A DNA stretch of 64,000 nucleotides from the human T2T-CHM13v2.0 reference genome, Homo sapiens. Positions 33,900 to 46,250 of the stretch are shown here, in pieces. The translations under genes and the position numbers were made by a program. How positions within the stretch are numbered: position 1 is the stretch's first letter; every line of letters begins with the position of its first letter. The notes below the pieces were generated by a model. It was not told where the DNA came from and ran no database searches. It worked only from the letters and a program-made list of their open reading frames with translations. The stretch lies in the NCBI RefSeq assembly GCF_009914755.1, contig NC_060935.1. One strand, written 5' to 3'.

Positions 33900-34849
33900 T
33901 CAGAGCAATTCCCTCTTGCAGGAAAACAAGGTGAGAATTCCCTGTCTTATTGTCTGGGTCTTAACACTATAGATGATGGGATTAAGTACAGGTGGCACCA
34001 AAAGGCAGATGCTAGACATAAGTGTGTGGACAATGGGAGAAGCATGTTTGGCAGCACGATGCATCACAGACACCCCAATCATGGGCACATAATATATAAG
34101 CACTGCACAAATATGTGACACACATGTGTTGAGAGCCTTCCACCGTCCCTCTCCAGAAGCAATGCCCATCACTGTATAAAGAATCAAGACATAAGAGACC
34201 ACGATAAGCAATGAGTCCAGCCCGAAATTTGCGAGAACAATGGCTAAGCCCAGGATGCTGTTGAGTTTAGTATCTGCACAAGGCAGCTGGATCAGATCTG
34301 AGTGGAGGCAGTAGGAGTGTGAGAGGACATTAGTGTGGCAATAGGGCAGTTGCCTCAAAAGGATTGGAAGTGGGGCCATGAGTGCCACACTCTTCAGTGT
34401 AATGCCCAGACCCATGCAGATAATACGGGGCAGGATCAGGATGGCTGTATAGCACAGGGGGTTGTAGATGGCTACAAAGCGGTCATAGCTCATGGCTAGT
34501 AGGACCCCTGACTCCATGCAGGAGAAGGTGTGAATGAAGAACATCTGGGCCAGGCAGCCATCAAAGTCAACTCTGTGGGCATGAAACCAAAGAATGCCTG
34601 TAACAGTAGCAGTGTAGACACAGAGACGCCCACCTCAGTGACAGCCAACATGGAGAGAAATAAGTACATGGGCTCATGTAGGGCAGAGTCCTCCTGCACT
34701 GCTGCCATAATTAGGATGTTTCCCACAATGGCCACAATGTACATGGTGAAGAAAGGGATGGAGAGCCAACCATGTTGGGCCTCCAGTCCTGGGATGCCAG
34801 TCAGGAAGACAGATAGGAGGTCAAGACTTTCATTGCTTTCAGCTCCCAT
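33900..34849 (-). pseudogene. OR51K1P: Class I olfactory receptor pseudogene OR51K1P (single 1-bp deletion)
   Basis: The N-terminal ORF (LHEPMY) and the C-terminal ORF (AMSYDRFVAI, KALNTCVSH, NPIIYS) join if one base is restored near 34609 (STL-P-TV). Span is 950 bp. Acceptor cttttcag at 34941. Confidence 0.9.
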
Positions 34850-35134
34850 GCCACCAACAGCAGAGATCAGTCTTCGCCTGCCATTTGAAAAAAACTGAAG
34901 TTAGTCCCCAACTGTTGGATCTTCTGCCTTAGCGGCCAACCTGAAAAGTTGAAGAAAGGAGATGGGGCAGGAAGCAAGAAAGTTGGAGTCATCTACGTCA
35001 TTCTGAATAAAAGTATAACAGACATCCTCTTCTCTCCTCCTGTTCTCCTGAGTTCCAGAATCCTAAATGTTACTTGGAAAAGAGATATTTCAGACTGCTC
35101 CATCTTTTTAAGTTTTTAAAAAAGTTTTAAATAC

Positions 35135-35522
35135 TTTTTATGGATGCATAATATTTGTACATATTTATGGGATACAAGTGACATTGTGTCACATGCATAA
35201 AATGTATAATCGTCAAGTCGAAGTACTTAGGATATTCATCACCTTGAGTGCTTATTACTTCTATGTGTTGGGAACATGTCAAATTCCTCTCTTTTAGCTA
35301 CTTTGAAAAATATGCATTGTTGTTAACTCTAGTTACCCTACTCTGCTATCAAACATTAGAACTAATTCCTTCTATCTAACTATGTGTTTATAGCTATTAA
35401 CCAGCCTCTCCTATCCTTAACACACATGCCTTTCCACCCTCTGGTGATTATCATTCTACACTCTACCTACCTGATATCAACTTTTTTAGCTCCCACATTT
35501 GAGCAGGAACATGCAATATTTC
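35135..35522 (-). mobile_element. L1MA-type 3' end
   Basis: ttgtacatatttatgggatac..., tgttgttaactctagttaccctactctgctatcaaacattagaact. Confidence 0.8.
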
Positions 35523-35539
35523 AGACTGCTCAATCTTGT

Positions 35540-35785
35540 GAAAGACAGCATAGCTTAAAAATTAAGAGCAGAAACTTTGGAATAAATAAATCAGACCTGA
35601 GCCAAAATCCATACTCAGCCAGTTACTAGATGTGTGATGTGTTCAACTTATTTATACTCTGATCCAAAATTTTATTTTGTTTTTGTTTGGCTTGGTTTGA
35701 GTTTTAACTTGTGACATGAATGTAATAATACTATTCTTTCTGGTTGTAAGAAAAAATGAGAAAATTAATGTCACATATTCAGTAT
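35540..35785 (+). mobile_element. MIR fragment
   Basis: attaagagcagaaactttgga...cagacctgag...aaatcc...ttactagatgtgtg core. Confidence 0.55.
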
Positions 35786-36860
35786 TTTGAACTAAAGTCT
35801 TTCAGAATCCATTTGCAGAGCTTCAAATTACTGAACATGTGACATTAATTTTCTCAGTATCTCTACCTGTAAACTGGGGATTAAAATACACTTGCTTTTT
35901 AGATTTTTTGTAGGATAAGCAAGATATTACATGGGATATTGAGTAAGATATTTTATTCTTAGAGAGACACTAGGACCCAGAGAGAAAAAATGAATAACAG
36001 GCCACAGCTTAAAAGTCAGTTTCTGCAGAGCCTAGATTACAGTTTAGATTCATGATCTTCTCTTGTAGTAAGGTTACCAATTTCACTATGGAGATGAGAG
36101 TAAACTGTGGTCTGATCTAGGTTGGAGTCATCAGAAAGAACTGAGTTTTAGCTTTGACAACGTGAACCTTAGAAGGGAAGAACCCCTAGTAAAGATCATC
36201 TCCATGTATCCCCATTCCACCTCAGAGAGGGAAAAATGTTTTGAATGAAAGTGAGACTATGGTTTTAAAAAGCTGAAAAAGGGAGAAATAGGAATATGGA
36301 CAATGAAGGATATAAACATTTCAGGTGAAAATTATGCTAATACACAAGTTACCTCTGAGTTAGAAACAAACAGAGTTTAGGAAAACTATCAAAGATGTAG
36401 TGGCTTCTAAAAGACCATATTTAACCAAGAATATATGCAAAGATGAAAACAAAGACACAGAGATACAAGACTCCTTCAGTGGCCATGAGATCAGAGAGAA
36501 ATAGCTAATCCCAGTCAGAAGGTTGAAATAATATATAATGTAATATAATACAATGTAACATAGTTAATGTAATATAACAAATTAAATTTATAAAATCAAT
36601 TTTTAAAGACAATAACAGTGAAGTAGGAAGGGGTGCTCATGACTGGTATAAAAACTGAATTACTTCCAATCACCAGTTCACACATTCACTCAACAGATTT
36701 GATGTATGAGTCAGTGATCCTGCACCAATTCTTTATCCTCTGGTTACCCAGTGTTGATGTGAAATTGTTCATACATCTGAAAAGTTTAATAAAAATGCCC
36801 TGCTGGAATAAATGTATGGTCAGGAGAATGTACTGTCAAGGGAATACAAAGAGCTATGAC

Positions 36861-37096
36861 CTCCAGGAGTCATACCAGCCTGGGCAACATAGCAAGGCCC
36901 CATCTGTACTAAAAATTAAAAATTAAAAAATTAGCTGGGCATGGTGGCACATGCCTGTAGTCCAGTTACTTGGGAAGCTGAAGCAGAAGAATCACTTGAG
37001 TCCAGGAGTTCCAGGCTGCAATGAGCTATGATTGCACCACTGTACTTCAGCCTAGGCAACAGAATGAGATCTTACATCTAAAAATGAAAAAAAAAA
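36861..37096 (+). mobile_element. 5'-truncated AluJ (Jo-like)
   Basis: aggctgcaatgagctatgatt diagnostics. TSD aaagagctatgac (36848-36860) and aaagaactatgac (37094-37106). Confidence 0.9.
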
Positions 37097-37293
37097 GAAC
37101 TATGACTATGGAGACAAGAGCAATGTAATTATGAGAATGATCCTAGGTCCTGCATTCTCTTACTCTCTACACTCTTCATGCACCAGCTCTGCTGAACTCT
37201 GTCCTCTCTCAAAATTAATGACTTTCCTGACATGTGAAATGTGTTTCCTTGTGCCTCTTACCAATTTATTTATCTTGAGTCTACCTTATTGAT

Positions 37294-37456
37294 CAGCGGT
37301 TCTCAACCTTTGCTATGCATCAGAATCACCTGAAGAACTTAAAAATCCCAGTGCTCAGGTAACACCCCATACCGATTAAAGTAGAATCTCAGGGTGTAGT
37401 ACCTAATTATCAATGTTTTAAAGCTCCTCAGATGAACCCAATGTTGAGAACCACTC
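37294..37456. mobile_element. MER5A-like hAT MITE
   Basis: TIRs cagcggttctcaac and gttgagaaccact. Internal catcagaatcacctg. Confidence 0.8.
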
Positions 37457-38469
37457 CAGATTCATTTTGTAACATTCCAGCCCCTTTACAGTGACAGCAT
37501 TTTAGACTAAAATGAAATTTGCAAGCTCTCCCTGTCTCCCTCCATGACTTTCAGATAACTTTTCTACTCCACTCTGGACCTACAAGTTAAACATTTATTT
37601 GTGTTTCATCATCCACTAGACCACTCAGCATCCTGAAGCTCCTCTGAATTGACTTGGATTTGCTTATAACACTCCAGGGTGGTGCCCACAGATGTAGCCT
37701 AGGTTTTGGGGCTAGTGCACCTCTCTAGAGGGTCACTTAAGGGACAGAAGGGCTTGGCAGGACTCTTTTGAATCTGTCTAATTATCTCTCCTGAAGATCC
37801 TGACCTGCCTCACCTGAAGATGCTGGTCCCTGGTAAAGCATCATCTTCAGCAGGAAGTAAGAATCAAGACTTCGAAGGACCATGAAAAGAGGAACATGCA
37901 GGACAGTGAAAAGATTGGCAACGTCAAGGAGACCATAGCTCAAAAAATTAACTCAATCTGTGGATGGAAAATGACAACCAGAGGGGCAATTTCTTCACTC
38001 CTAAGATGCCTTATTTCAATCTCATAACAGCCATATCAAGTGACTTGCCTGAAACCCGTAAGTGGCTGATCTGGGACTAGAATCTAGTTCTTCCAATTAT
38101 AAGTCCCATGGTCTTCCCTATAAAGGCCAGCAGCCAACCTTCTGAAGCAAAAGACATCTAAATGAGAAAAATGGGAAGATGCTGGAGAAGTCGGTTATCT
38201 TTATTTTTCCAGGCAGAGAAAAAGACTGAATGGCAGATAGATTTTTTTTCTAGCCTCCTACGCAAACTGGAGGTCAGGTGGTGGGGAACAGGGGTTAAGT
38301 CACCTTTGAAAAATAGCCCCATCTCAAAAGGCTATATATTCAGTGATAAACTTAATAGGCTCTCTAGAATCTGAATCAAGAGTCCAATCTTGTACCCACT
38401 GAGAGAATGTCCATCTTTATACAATTGTCACCCATGCTCAGCATCAGCATTCCCAGTGATGGGGAGTTT

Positions 38470-38860
38470 ATCGCATCCCTAAACCACTATCCTGGACAGA
38501 TCTCATGGATATGAAGTGCTTTCTCACATTGGTCTTAAACGTGCTTTCTCTACATTATAGATAATGTTGCAGACTCAGAGACATAATAATCTTCATCAAG
38601 TATTAACTGAATATTGCTCATGGAATATGTTATTTTCTTGCAGAACACTTATGTTAATTTGTAAACATGTATGTACTTGTGTAATTATCTAATGTCTGTA
38701 TCCCTACCAGACCATAAATTCTAAGAAGAATGGATGATATTGACTGTTTTTGTTTGTCTGTTATCACTAGATAACCCATACTAGCACAGGGTCAAATACA
38801 TAACAGATGCTTAATAAATATTTTAACTGGATGAATAAATAACTGAATAAATAGTATCTG
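38470..38860. mobile_element. L2 3' end fragment
   Basis: Ends with ctagcacaggg...tgcttaataaatatt...gatgaataaat, typical of L2. Confidence 0.55.
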
Positions 38861-40359
38861 AGGTTTCCATGGTGATATCCTGTAATCTTTCCTTCTTCTC
38901 TTAACCTGTCCTAAATCCCTTTAGCTATTTCTCCAAGTGTCTGACTTTTAATTTCTGCACCACAAAAGTCCTCCTGTCAGAGTGACCAATCAATAGTCCA
39001 GTGTAATATGAATCAGCAGTGTGATATATAGCTTAAAACAAATCTGTAGTTTTTTCTAACACTATTTAGCAGAAACAATAACTTTCTTATCTGTAACTTT
39101 GTAATACTTTGTACAGACTTTTTCTATTTTATTAAAATTACATTTATACCTCCTTCCTGTCAGATTTTGAGCTCTTTTAGGATCAGACTTGTGCCTGGTT
39201 CATCCTGTCCTTCTCAACACACGACATGATTCTGACACAAAGATATGCTAAAAAAATCATTAATGAATAAAAGATGAATATACTACTTAGGCTGTAACTG
39301 AAGTACCTTCAGTTTTTGGTTCTCTATTCTAAATAGGAGTTAAACTGACTGCATCACACGCAAAAAGTAAAGGGAATTAAGTCACATTAAGGACACTGAA
39401 GGAATGAGTGATGCTTCATTTTGACCAGAGGAGACTGCAGTAGAGACGGGTTGGGATCAGTATGACAGGTGCTGAGCCATAGGTGGAGATCACAGGGTGA
39501 CAGTCTGGGGTTCATGTAAGAAACACTTTTCTAAAATCACAATGAAATAATAAGCTTCTGGGCAGTGAAGGTGTTCAAGCAAAGACTGGATAACTCTTCA
39601 TGAAAGTTCTGGAAAGAGAATGTCAGCATCTGCTGAATCGAGGTTAATGGTCTTTCAGCTCTCTTTCTGCTCACAGGCCTGAGATTCCAGACTGGCAAGG
39701 TGTCTCCTATTCAGTGACAGAATCTCATGTCTGTGGATCTGTGTGGGACAGAACAGAGGCAAGTTCTCAACCCCTGCTGTGTGATCACCCATGTGTCTTT
39801 CACTGCTAAAGCAGTCTCTGGCAGCTTTATCTGAAAGTGGCTGGCAGACCATGAGGGTATTTGAATGAATATTGTTCTTTCTATAGAAAACCTATGTAAA
39901 AGTGAGGTTTGAGGATTTTTAAATTGTGCACAACTATGCAAACATACACAGGCATTGATAGAGATTCACTCAAAGATACAGAGGCATGATGAGAGAATCT
40001 GAGAGAAACATACAGAAGCACAAGCAGAATTGTAGCTAGAAACACACTTATTGTATACATACCTCAAAGACACAGACTGATCAAAGTGTCTTGATCACCT
40101 TGAGGGAGCTTTGTGAAGTGTGAGTTGGACTGAGAGGCAGAGGACCAGAACTCACAATGGCTCTAGAATGGACCTCAGGTGGGCACCAGCCAAGAGAGGA
40201 GGCTGTCTTTATGCCTCTGCGGAATTGTTCCCAGATGCCAGAGCCCCTGGGGTCCTGCTTTGCCTGAGTGTGATGCTGTGCTGGTATTGGGGAAAGGAGG
40301 AGGGTTAGATCTTACCTTGGGAATAAAAAGATAAGAAAAAGCAAACAAGAAACTACTTC

Positions 40360-40549
40360 ACCTGGAGATACTGCCCTCTCTCCACTGATAAAATGAAATT
40401 TCAACTCCTTCCTTATAATGATGAAGTTGGAGACAAATTCTCCAAACTTCATAGCAACACCCCCCACAGTTATCCAGTCTCAAAAGTGCAACTCTGTGCT
40501 CAGAACCCACAGTCTAGATCCCTGAATTCTGAGCTTAAAACTCAGATCT
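40360..40549. repeat. 190-bp dispersed direct repeat, copy 1
   Basis: Matches 41501-41690 with 5 substitutions and no indels. Confidence 0.97.
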
Positions 40550-41500
40550 CAGGCAAAACCTAAAGCTTAGATTCCAACGGGAAAATTCCAGAGCTCACAT
40601 CTCAGAGACTGGAGCTTGAAGGCCAGAGACAACCCCAGGATTTAAGCCAGAGAGGATATGACCTGACTGCCTCAATCCACTTAGTCCTACACTTCCCTCC
40701 TGAACTCCCACTCCCATGGTCTGCCAAGTTACTACAAGTTAAGGGTCTCCTCCAAAAGAAACATTCCAGGATACTGAAGGACCATGGGTTCAAAATCATA
40801 CAGACCTAATTTTAAGTCCTGGCCTTGCCACCTGATTTTAGAAGATTAACATTCCTTTAGTTTTGAACCTGATTTATAAAAAAGGATAGCACCTAACTAC
40901 AAGGGATTGAGATTCAAATGAGAAGAAGGAAGTCATAGGTTTGTTTCTTTTTATTGAATTTATCACACATGCTAGTTATCGTTAAGTTCTCTTGCGGGTT
41001 TTGATTTCAGGTCTCCCAAACAGATTCTTTTTCCCAACACCTGAACTTCCCATTAAATAATCCATTTTACTTCTTGTTCATCTCAGTTTTAGAGTGAGGG
41101 TGTATTGAGAGAAGGAACAGCAGGAAGGCTCTCTCCCTTTTCTATCAAGTGGTGCGATGGTTCAGGGAGGGAAATAGAAGATGTAATGTTCTCTTCCCCA
41201 TGTGGAGCACTGAAATATCAAAGGAACAGAGGAACAGTGGCAGAAGAACACCTTCTACTTTTCATTATTGTTATAGGATTGGTTGGATCAAAAATTATGC
41301 GTTGGGAACCAGGAGATGAAATTCAGGAGTAATCATGAATCATGACCTTGTAAGTTAGGTCACAGAATCATGGACAAAGAAGGAAACAAATGATGCCTCA
41401 TATTGGGCATAAATCTCTGGCAAGGAGAGGCAGGGCTTTGAGAAGTCATGATGTAAAATGACTCTAGCTATGTTATTAGAGGCAGCATGAAGGGGAACAA

Positions 41501-41690
41501 ACCTGGAGATACTGCCCTCTCTCCACTGAGAAAATGAAATTTCAACTCCTTCCTTATAATGAAGAAGTTGGAGACAAATTCTCCAAACTTCATAGCAACA
41601 CCCCCCACAGTTATCCAGTCTCAAAAGTGCAACTCTGTGCTCAGAACCCAGAGTCTAGATCTCTGAATTCCGAGCTTAAAACTCAGATCT
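41501..41690. repeat. 190-bp dispersed direct repeat, copy 2
   Basis: Matches 40360-40549 at offset 1141. Confidence 0.97.
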
Positions 41691-42759
41691 GGATCTAAAC
41701 ATCAGACTGGATCCAGTTTTTTCATTCATTTAAATAGTTGTTTGGTTATTCCCTTAATTCACATGTACTGGTGTGACCAACTCTGTGCTGAGTGCAGAGT
41801 TTTAGCTTGGACTGCCATTATCTATTGCTCTTTTTTAGATATTTAAAATGTCTTTTTCCAAACTCAGTTTCTGCCTCCATTAAATGAGGGCATAAGTCAA
41901 GAAAAACTCTAAATATTTGTTCACTCTGATAATGGTAATACTAAACAAAACATCCATGCAAATCTCAAGACGAGGGCTTATTGTATTAAACGTCATTTGT
42001 GGGGAAATTTTGAAGCTTTCCTCCCCACAACAAAGCTTAAATAGAGAAATAAATATATCCTGTGGAGTGGAAGTTAAACTTTTAACAATGGAGCAAAGCA
42101 GAGATAGACGCAATCTGCAGGTAAACGCTTGGTAAACAAAAATACAACCAGATTAAACATATCCCATCTAAAGAGGGAAGAAGTTAATAGACTGCAGAAA
42201 AGAAAAAGAGTTAATAGATTTGCAGAAAAGTCTCCGAAGACTTCCTGATCAGGAGACTTGTGTACAGTGAAGTTCCATTGACAAATTTCTCTTGCCTAAC
42301 CATCTCAGTATGACAATCAACTGTTCTTTCTCTCTCTCTCGTCCTCTCTCTCTCTCTCTTCCAGTTCTATTTGCCTGAATGGGAGCCCTAAAGTTGGAGT
42401 TTGCCTGAATTTTCAATGTCAAGTAGTTTGGCATGACAGGAGGTAGGAATTGAGGGAAAAGAAGGAAAGCACAATATGGGATTATGACTGTGGGGTGGCT
42501 GGAAATTGTGTATCAAATTCTCCTCTGAAGCTATTTCTGTCTTCCACCTGCACTGTCTCATGGAGATATTAAGGTTATAAATCTACTCTACTTCCCTTCA
42601 CCAACAATACCATATGCTTAATTGTGATACACTGAGTTTCCCACTTTAAAAGTCATTCACAAGTTTACTTCAGCAATCTCTCAAGACCTTGTGCCCCAGT
42701 GTCCCAGTTGGAAACTCCCCGTTTGTCTAAACAGTTATCTGTAACCAATATTCTAGGTT

Positions 42760-43195
42760 AAAAGTTCTCAACCTTTAATAGATATGGAAATAACTTGCAG
42801 AATGTATTAAAACACAAACTTCTTGGTCTCACTCCTGATAGTTTTTTGTTCAGATGTCTAAAGAAAGTCCTCAGAATTTGCATCTCTAACAAGTTTCGAT
42901 GCAAAGCTGATGATATTGATCTGGAAATCATATATCGAGAACCACTTTTCCAAACTCTTGTTAATCATGAGTTTTGTTACTCTTGTTGCACAGCAGATGG
43001 GCATCAATCTAATACCTGAGTGCTGTCAGAAAAGAGAAACATTGTCCTTCTCAAGGTATAATCACCCAAGGTTCTTATCAAAAGCAGTTCTCATTCAGTA
43101 GGACTTATGTGGGGCCTAAGAATCTGTTTCTCTATAAAGCTACCAGAAATGTCAATGATATTGTTTAGTAGACCATACTTGGAATAGTACTGTTC
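42760..43195. mobile_element. Two adjacent MER5-like hAT relics
   Basis: agttctcaacc...gaatttgcatctctaacaag...gagaaccact and gcagttctca...ggggcctaagaatctg...gaccatacttggaatag. Confidence 0.55.
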
Positions 43196-43809
43196 TAAAC
43201 GTTTCTGCCTAAGTGTTTCTTCTCAGGCAATTATCTCTGCCAAAATCAGTACCCTTCTTTCTTCCTGCCATCCTGAATCAAGAATTCTAACTTCTCTCAT
43301 CCTTCACAAGCTACTTCATAACCACTCAACATAGCCTGTTTTTATTACCACAAACAAAGTAGATCTTCTCTCTTGCATTAAATACAAAGCCTCCATATAT
43401 TTTGTCTCTCTTTAATATTTATTATCTCCTTCACTCTGGGCAGGAGCAGAATTATTTTTGATAAATTCTGTTTGCCCTGCTGAACTTCATTATTCCCGTA
43501 TATGTCAAACAAGAATTTTTCAGGATACCGATGGCTCTTTTTTATATTTTCTCTTCACATGTCTATCTGGTTACTTGACAATATTTCATACTCACCATTA
43601 TAACATGCCTAGTAGCAACTAGCACAATAATTTTCACATAAGTATTGAATAAATATGTATGCCATTTTATAGTCAAATATTATTTTATTAGTGATACATT
43701 CACTACTATCAAGATCCTGGGTCCTCTTCATCCTTACTTTAGCATTCCTTAAGTTGTTAACATGTCCCAATCCTTCCTCCAAAGGAGCTTTTGGGGCCTT
43801 CAGCCTTCC

Positions 43810-44754
43810 TCAGGCCTGGGATTTATGGAAGAACTTGAGAATCCCTTTGCGGATCTCCTTGGTTTTCACACTGTAGATGATAGGGTTGAGCATGGGTGGT
43901 ACAAACAGGTAGACATTGGACATCATGACATGAACAACAGGTGGAGCACTTTTCCAGAAGCGGTGAATCATGGAGACAGCAATTATGGGCACATAAAAGG
44001 CCAGCACTGCACAGATGTGTGACATGCAGGTGTTGAGTGCCTTGAGCCGCTGTTCCTGGGATATGATGACCAGCATGGCTCTCAGGATCAATGCATAGGA
44101 AAGCAGGATGAAAGTTGAGTCCATACCATAGGTAAAAATGATCACCAAGAGCCCATAAATGTTGTTAACATGGATGTCTCCACATGCTACTTTCATGAGA
44201 TCTGGATGGAGACAGTAGGAGTGATGCAAAACATTGCCTTTGCAGAAGGGCAGTCGTTTCACCAGAAAAGGGAAAGGGAAGAGAGTGGTGAAACTCTTGG
44301 TAAGGATGCCCAGACCCATAGCCAATATACGGTTGTGAGTGAGCACAGTGACATAGCGTAATGGATAACAAATAGCCACAAAGCGATCCAAGCTCATGGC
44401 CAGCAGTATGCCTGACTCCATGAAGGAGAAAGTGTGGATGAAGAACATCTGGACCAGGCAAGCATTAAACGCAACATGGTTGTAGTTGAAGCAGAAAGTA
44501 GAAATCACAGTGGGAAGTGTAGAAAAGGACACTCCCAGATCATTGAGAGCGAGCATAGAGAGGAAGTAGTACATGGGCTGATGCAGAGCAGGCTCCCAAA
44601 ACACCAGAGTGAGAATGCTGAGGTTACCTACAATGGAGATCATGTAGAGGATGCAGAAAATCAGGGCAACCCAGGTGAGGCCTGTTTGTATCCCAGGAAT
44701 GCCTGTCAGCTGGAGTGTTGCTGGCTGGAAGGGGGTGCCATTGAGACCCAGCAT
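43810..44754 (-). CDS. OR51I1: Olfactory receptor 51I1, intact 314 aa
   Basis: Uninterrupted ORF with N-glycosylation sequon NGT, LHQPMY, AMSLDRFVAICYPLRY, HSYCLH, KALNTCMSH, PPMLNPIIYS. Confidence 0.97.
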   Translation of the reverse strand: MLGLNGTPFQPATLQLTGIPGIQTGLTWVALIFCILYMISIVGNLSILTLVFWEPALHQPMYYFLSMLALNDLGVSFSTLPTVISTFCFNYNHVAFNACLVQMFFIHTFSFMESGILLAMSLDRFVAICYPLRYVTVLTHNRILAMGLGILTKSFTTLFPFPFLVKRLPFCKGNVLHHSYCLHPDLMKVACGDIHVNNIYGLLVIIFTYGMDSTFILLSYALILRAMLVIISQEQRLKALNTCMSHICAVLAFYVPIIAVSMIHRFWKSAPPVVHVMMSNVYLFVPPMLNPIIYSVKTKEIRKGILKFFHKSQA

Positions 44755-45129
44755 GGTGGGAGAATATAGATAGGGAATGGACCCAAGAGGGTGTGTTGGG
44801 AAACTTCTTCACTTTCTTTCAGATATCCTGTCTCCAACAAAAGGTCATAGATTGAAAATGATTGCCTGTATTCCTGCCTTCCCAGTAAGACACTCATCTC
44901 TTTAAGGAAGCAACTGGGTTCTAATCGTTTGTGTACCACCAGGGCCCTGCTCACTATCTAGGCCATAGTAGAAACTCTGTGGTTTGATGATCAAATGAGT
45001 GCCCATAACATAGCAAGGCATAATAGGAGACAACATTAACAATTGCTTCTGGTAGACCAGAAAGAGGAAATGCATCCTAGGCTTTGGAAAGTCTTTGGTA
45101 GATAGCATAGATGGAACATCTACTACTAT

Positions 45130-46250
45130 AAATTTACAGATTCAATAACCTGTAACTCAGACTTCACCCCAGCCTCCCAATCCCAATGGCTGCCCCTGAA
45201 CTTGTCATAGCCAAAAACTTTTCTATCCCTGAAATCCTAAATTTACTGTTTTCATATCCTTACTCTAGGCTTCTACCTTCCAACCTTCTCATGCCCATGC
45301 ACTTGCTCTTGAGTCTCCATGATTCCCCCATTTTCCTCTGGTCTATGAACTCTTCTTCCTCACTTTTCTCCTGAACTACTCACCCACACTAAAACTGGTA
45401 TTTTCATCTCCTCTTTATCTCTCTTTCACCTTCACATAGTAAACTGCAACCTTTAATAAATTCTACAATCAAACCAGGTATGCAGCTGGATAAAACCAAA
45501 GAAGAAAGTATTTTATGGGAATAAAAAAAGAGAAAATTATTACTTAACCATTACCAAAATTTTAAACTTATACACACCTTTATTCATTCTTAACCTCTAT
45601 TTTCTGAGAAAGAGATTTCTCTCCTTCTCCAAGGACAGGCTCTCCACCTTCAGGATTTCATTTCTTGTCACTCCTTCAGAGCCTTTTTCACTAATCCAGT
45701 GGATATTCATTCTCTCCCTTTCTGCCTCTTTTCCTTCAGACAATAAGTATGTGCAAGACTATTCCATCATAAAGATGCGATAACATTCTTCTCTACCCAC
45801 CACTCTATGACCCTTTCCCAATTCTTAACCAAATTTCTTGAAAAATTGTCTCTCCAGGTACCTGAAAATAGAAGCTTGTATTTTATCATTATTATTTTTT
45901 AGTTATTTGCCTGCTTCTCCAGCTTGTTTCTGAGATCTTCGATGTCGGGATTCAATCTTACTTACATTACCTTCTATCACTGCTCAATTCATTATATCGT
46001 GGCTTCCACACTCCCCTCCTCTGAGTTGAAACAAATTTCTCTATGGTCACCTAGTGACCTCTTTGTCTCTGAATCTAATGAAAACATTCTCTCTCCTAAT
46101 TCACTTGATCTTCTTGCTACGGTTAACACTGTCTTTAACTCACCTGTTTAGAACCACCTTCTCCATTCAAGGGTACTATTTGTCCACAATTGTATTTCTT
46201 CCTTGGCTTCTCCTTCTCTGCCTTCTTTACTGAATTATCTTTTCTGTCTT
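45130..46250. mobile_element. Degenerate L2 segments
   Basis: CT-rich L2-like sequence (ggtcacctagtgacctc...gaatctaatg, ttaacactgt). Boundaries rough. Confidence 0.45.

Noticed and set aside
37976-37990. CTCF-like caaccagaggggcaa (similar weak hits near 24390 and 24578)
   Set aside because: Several mismatches or wrong spacing against the core motif; not supportable without a PWM scan or ChIP.
43762-44812. Antisense and alternate-frame ORFs over OR51I1 (likewise over the other ORs)
   Set aside because: Expected shadow ORFs of coding sequence, with no recognisable domains.
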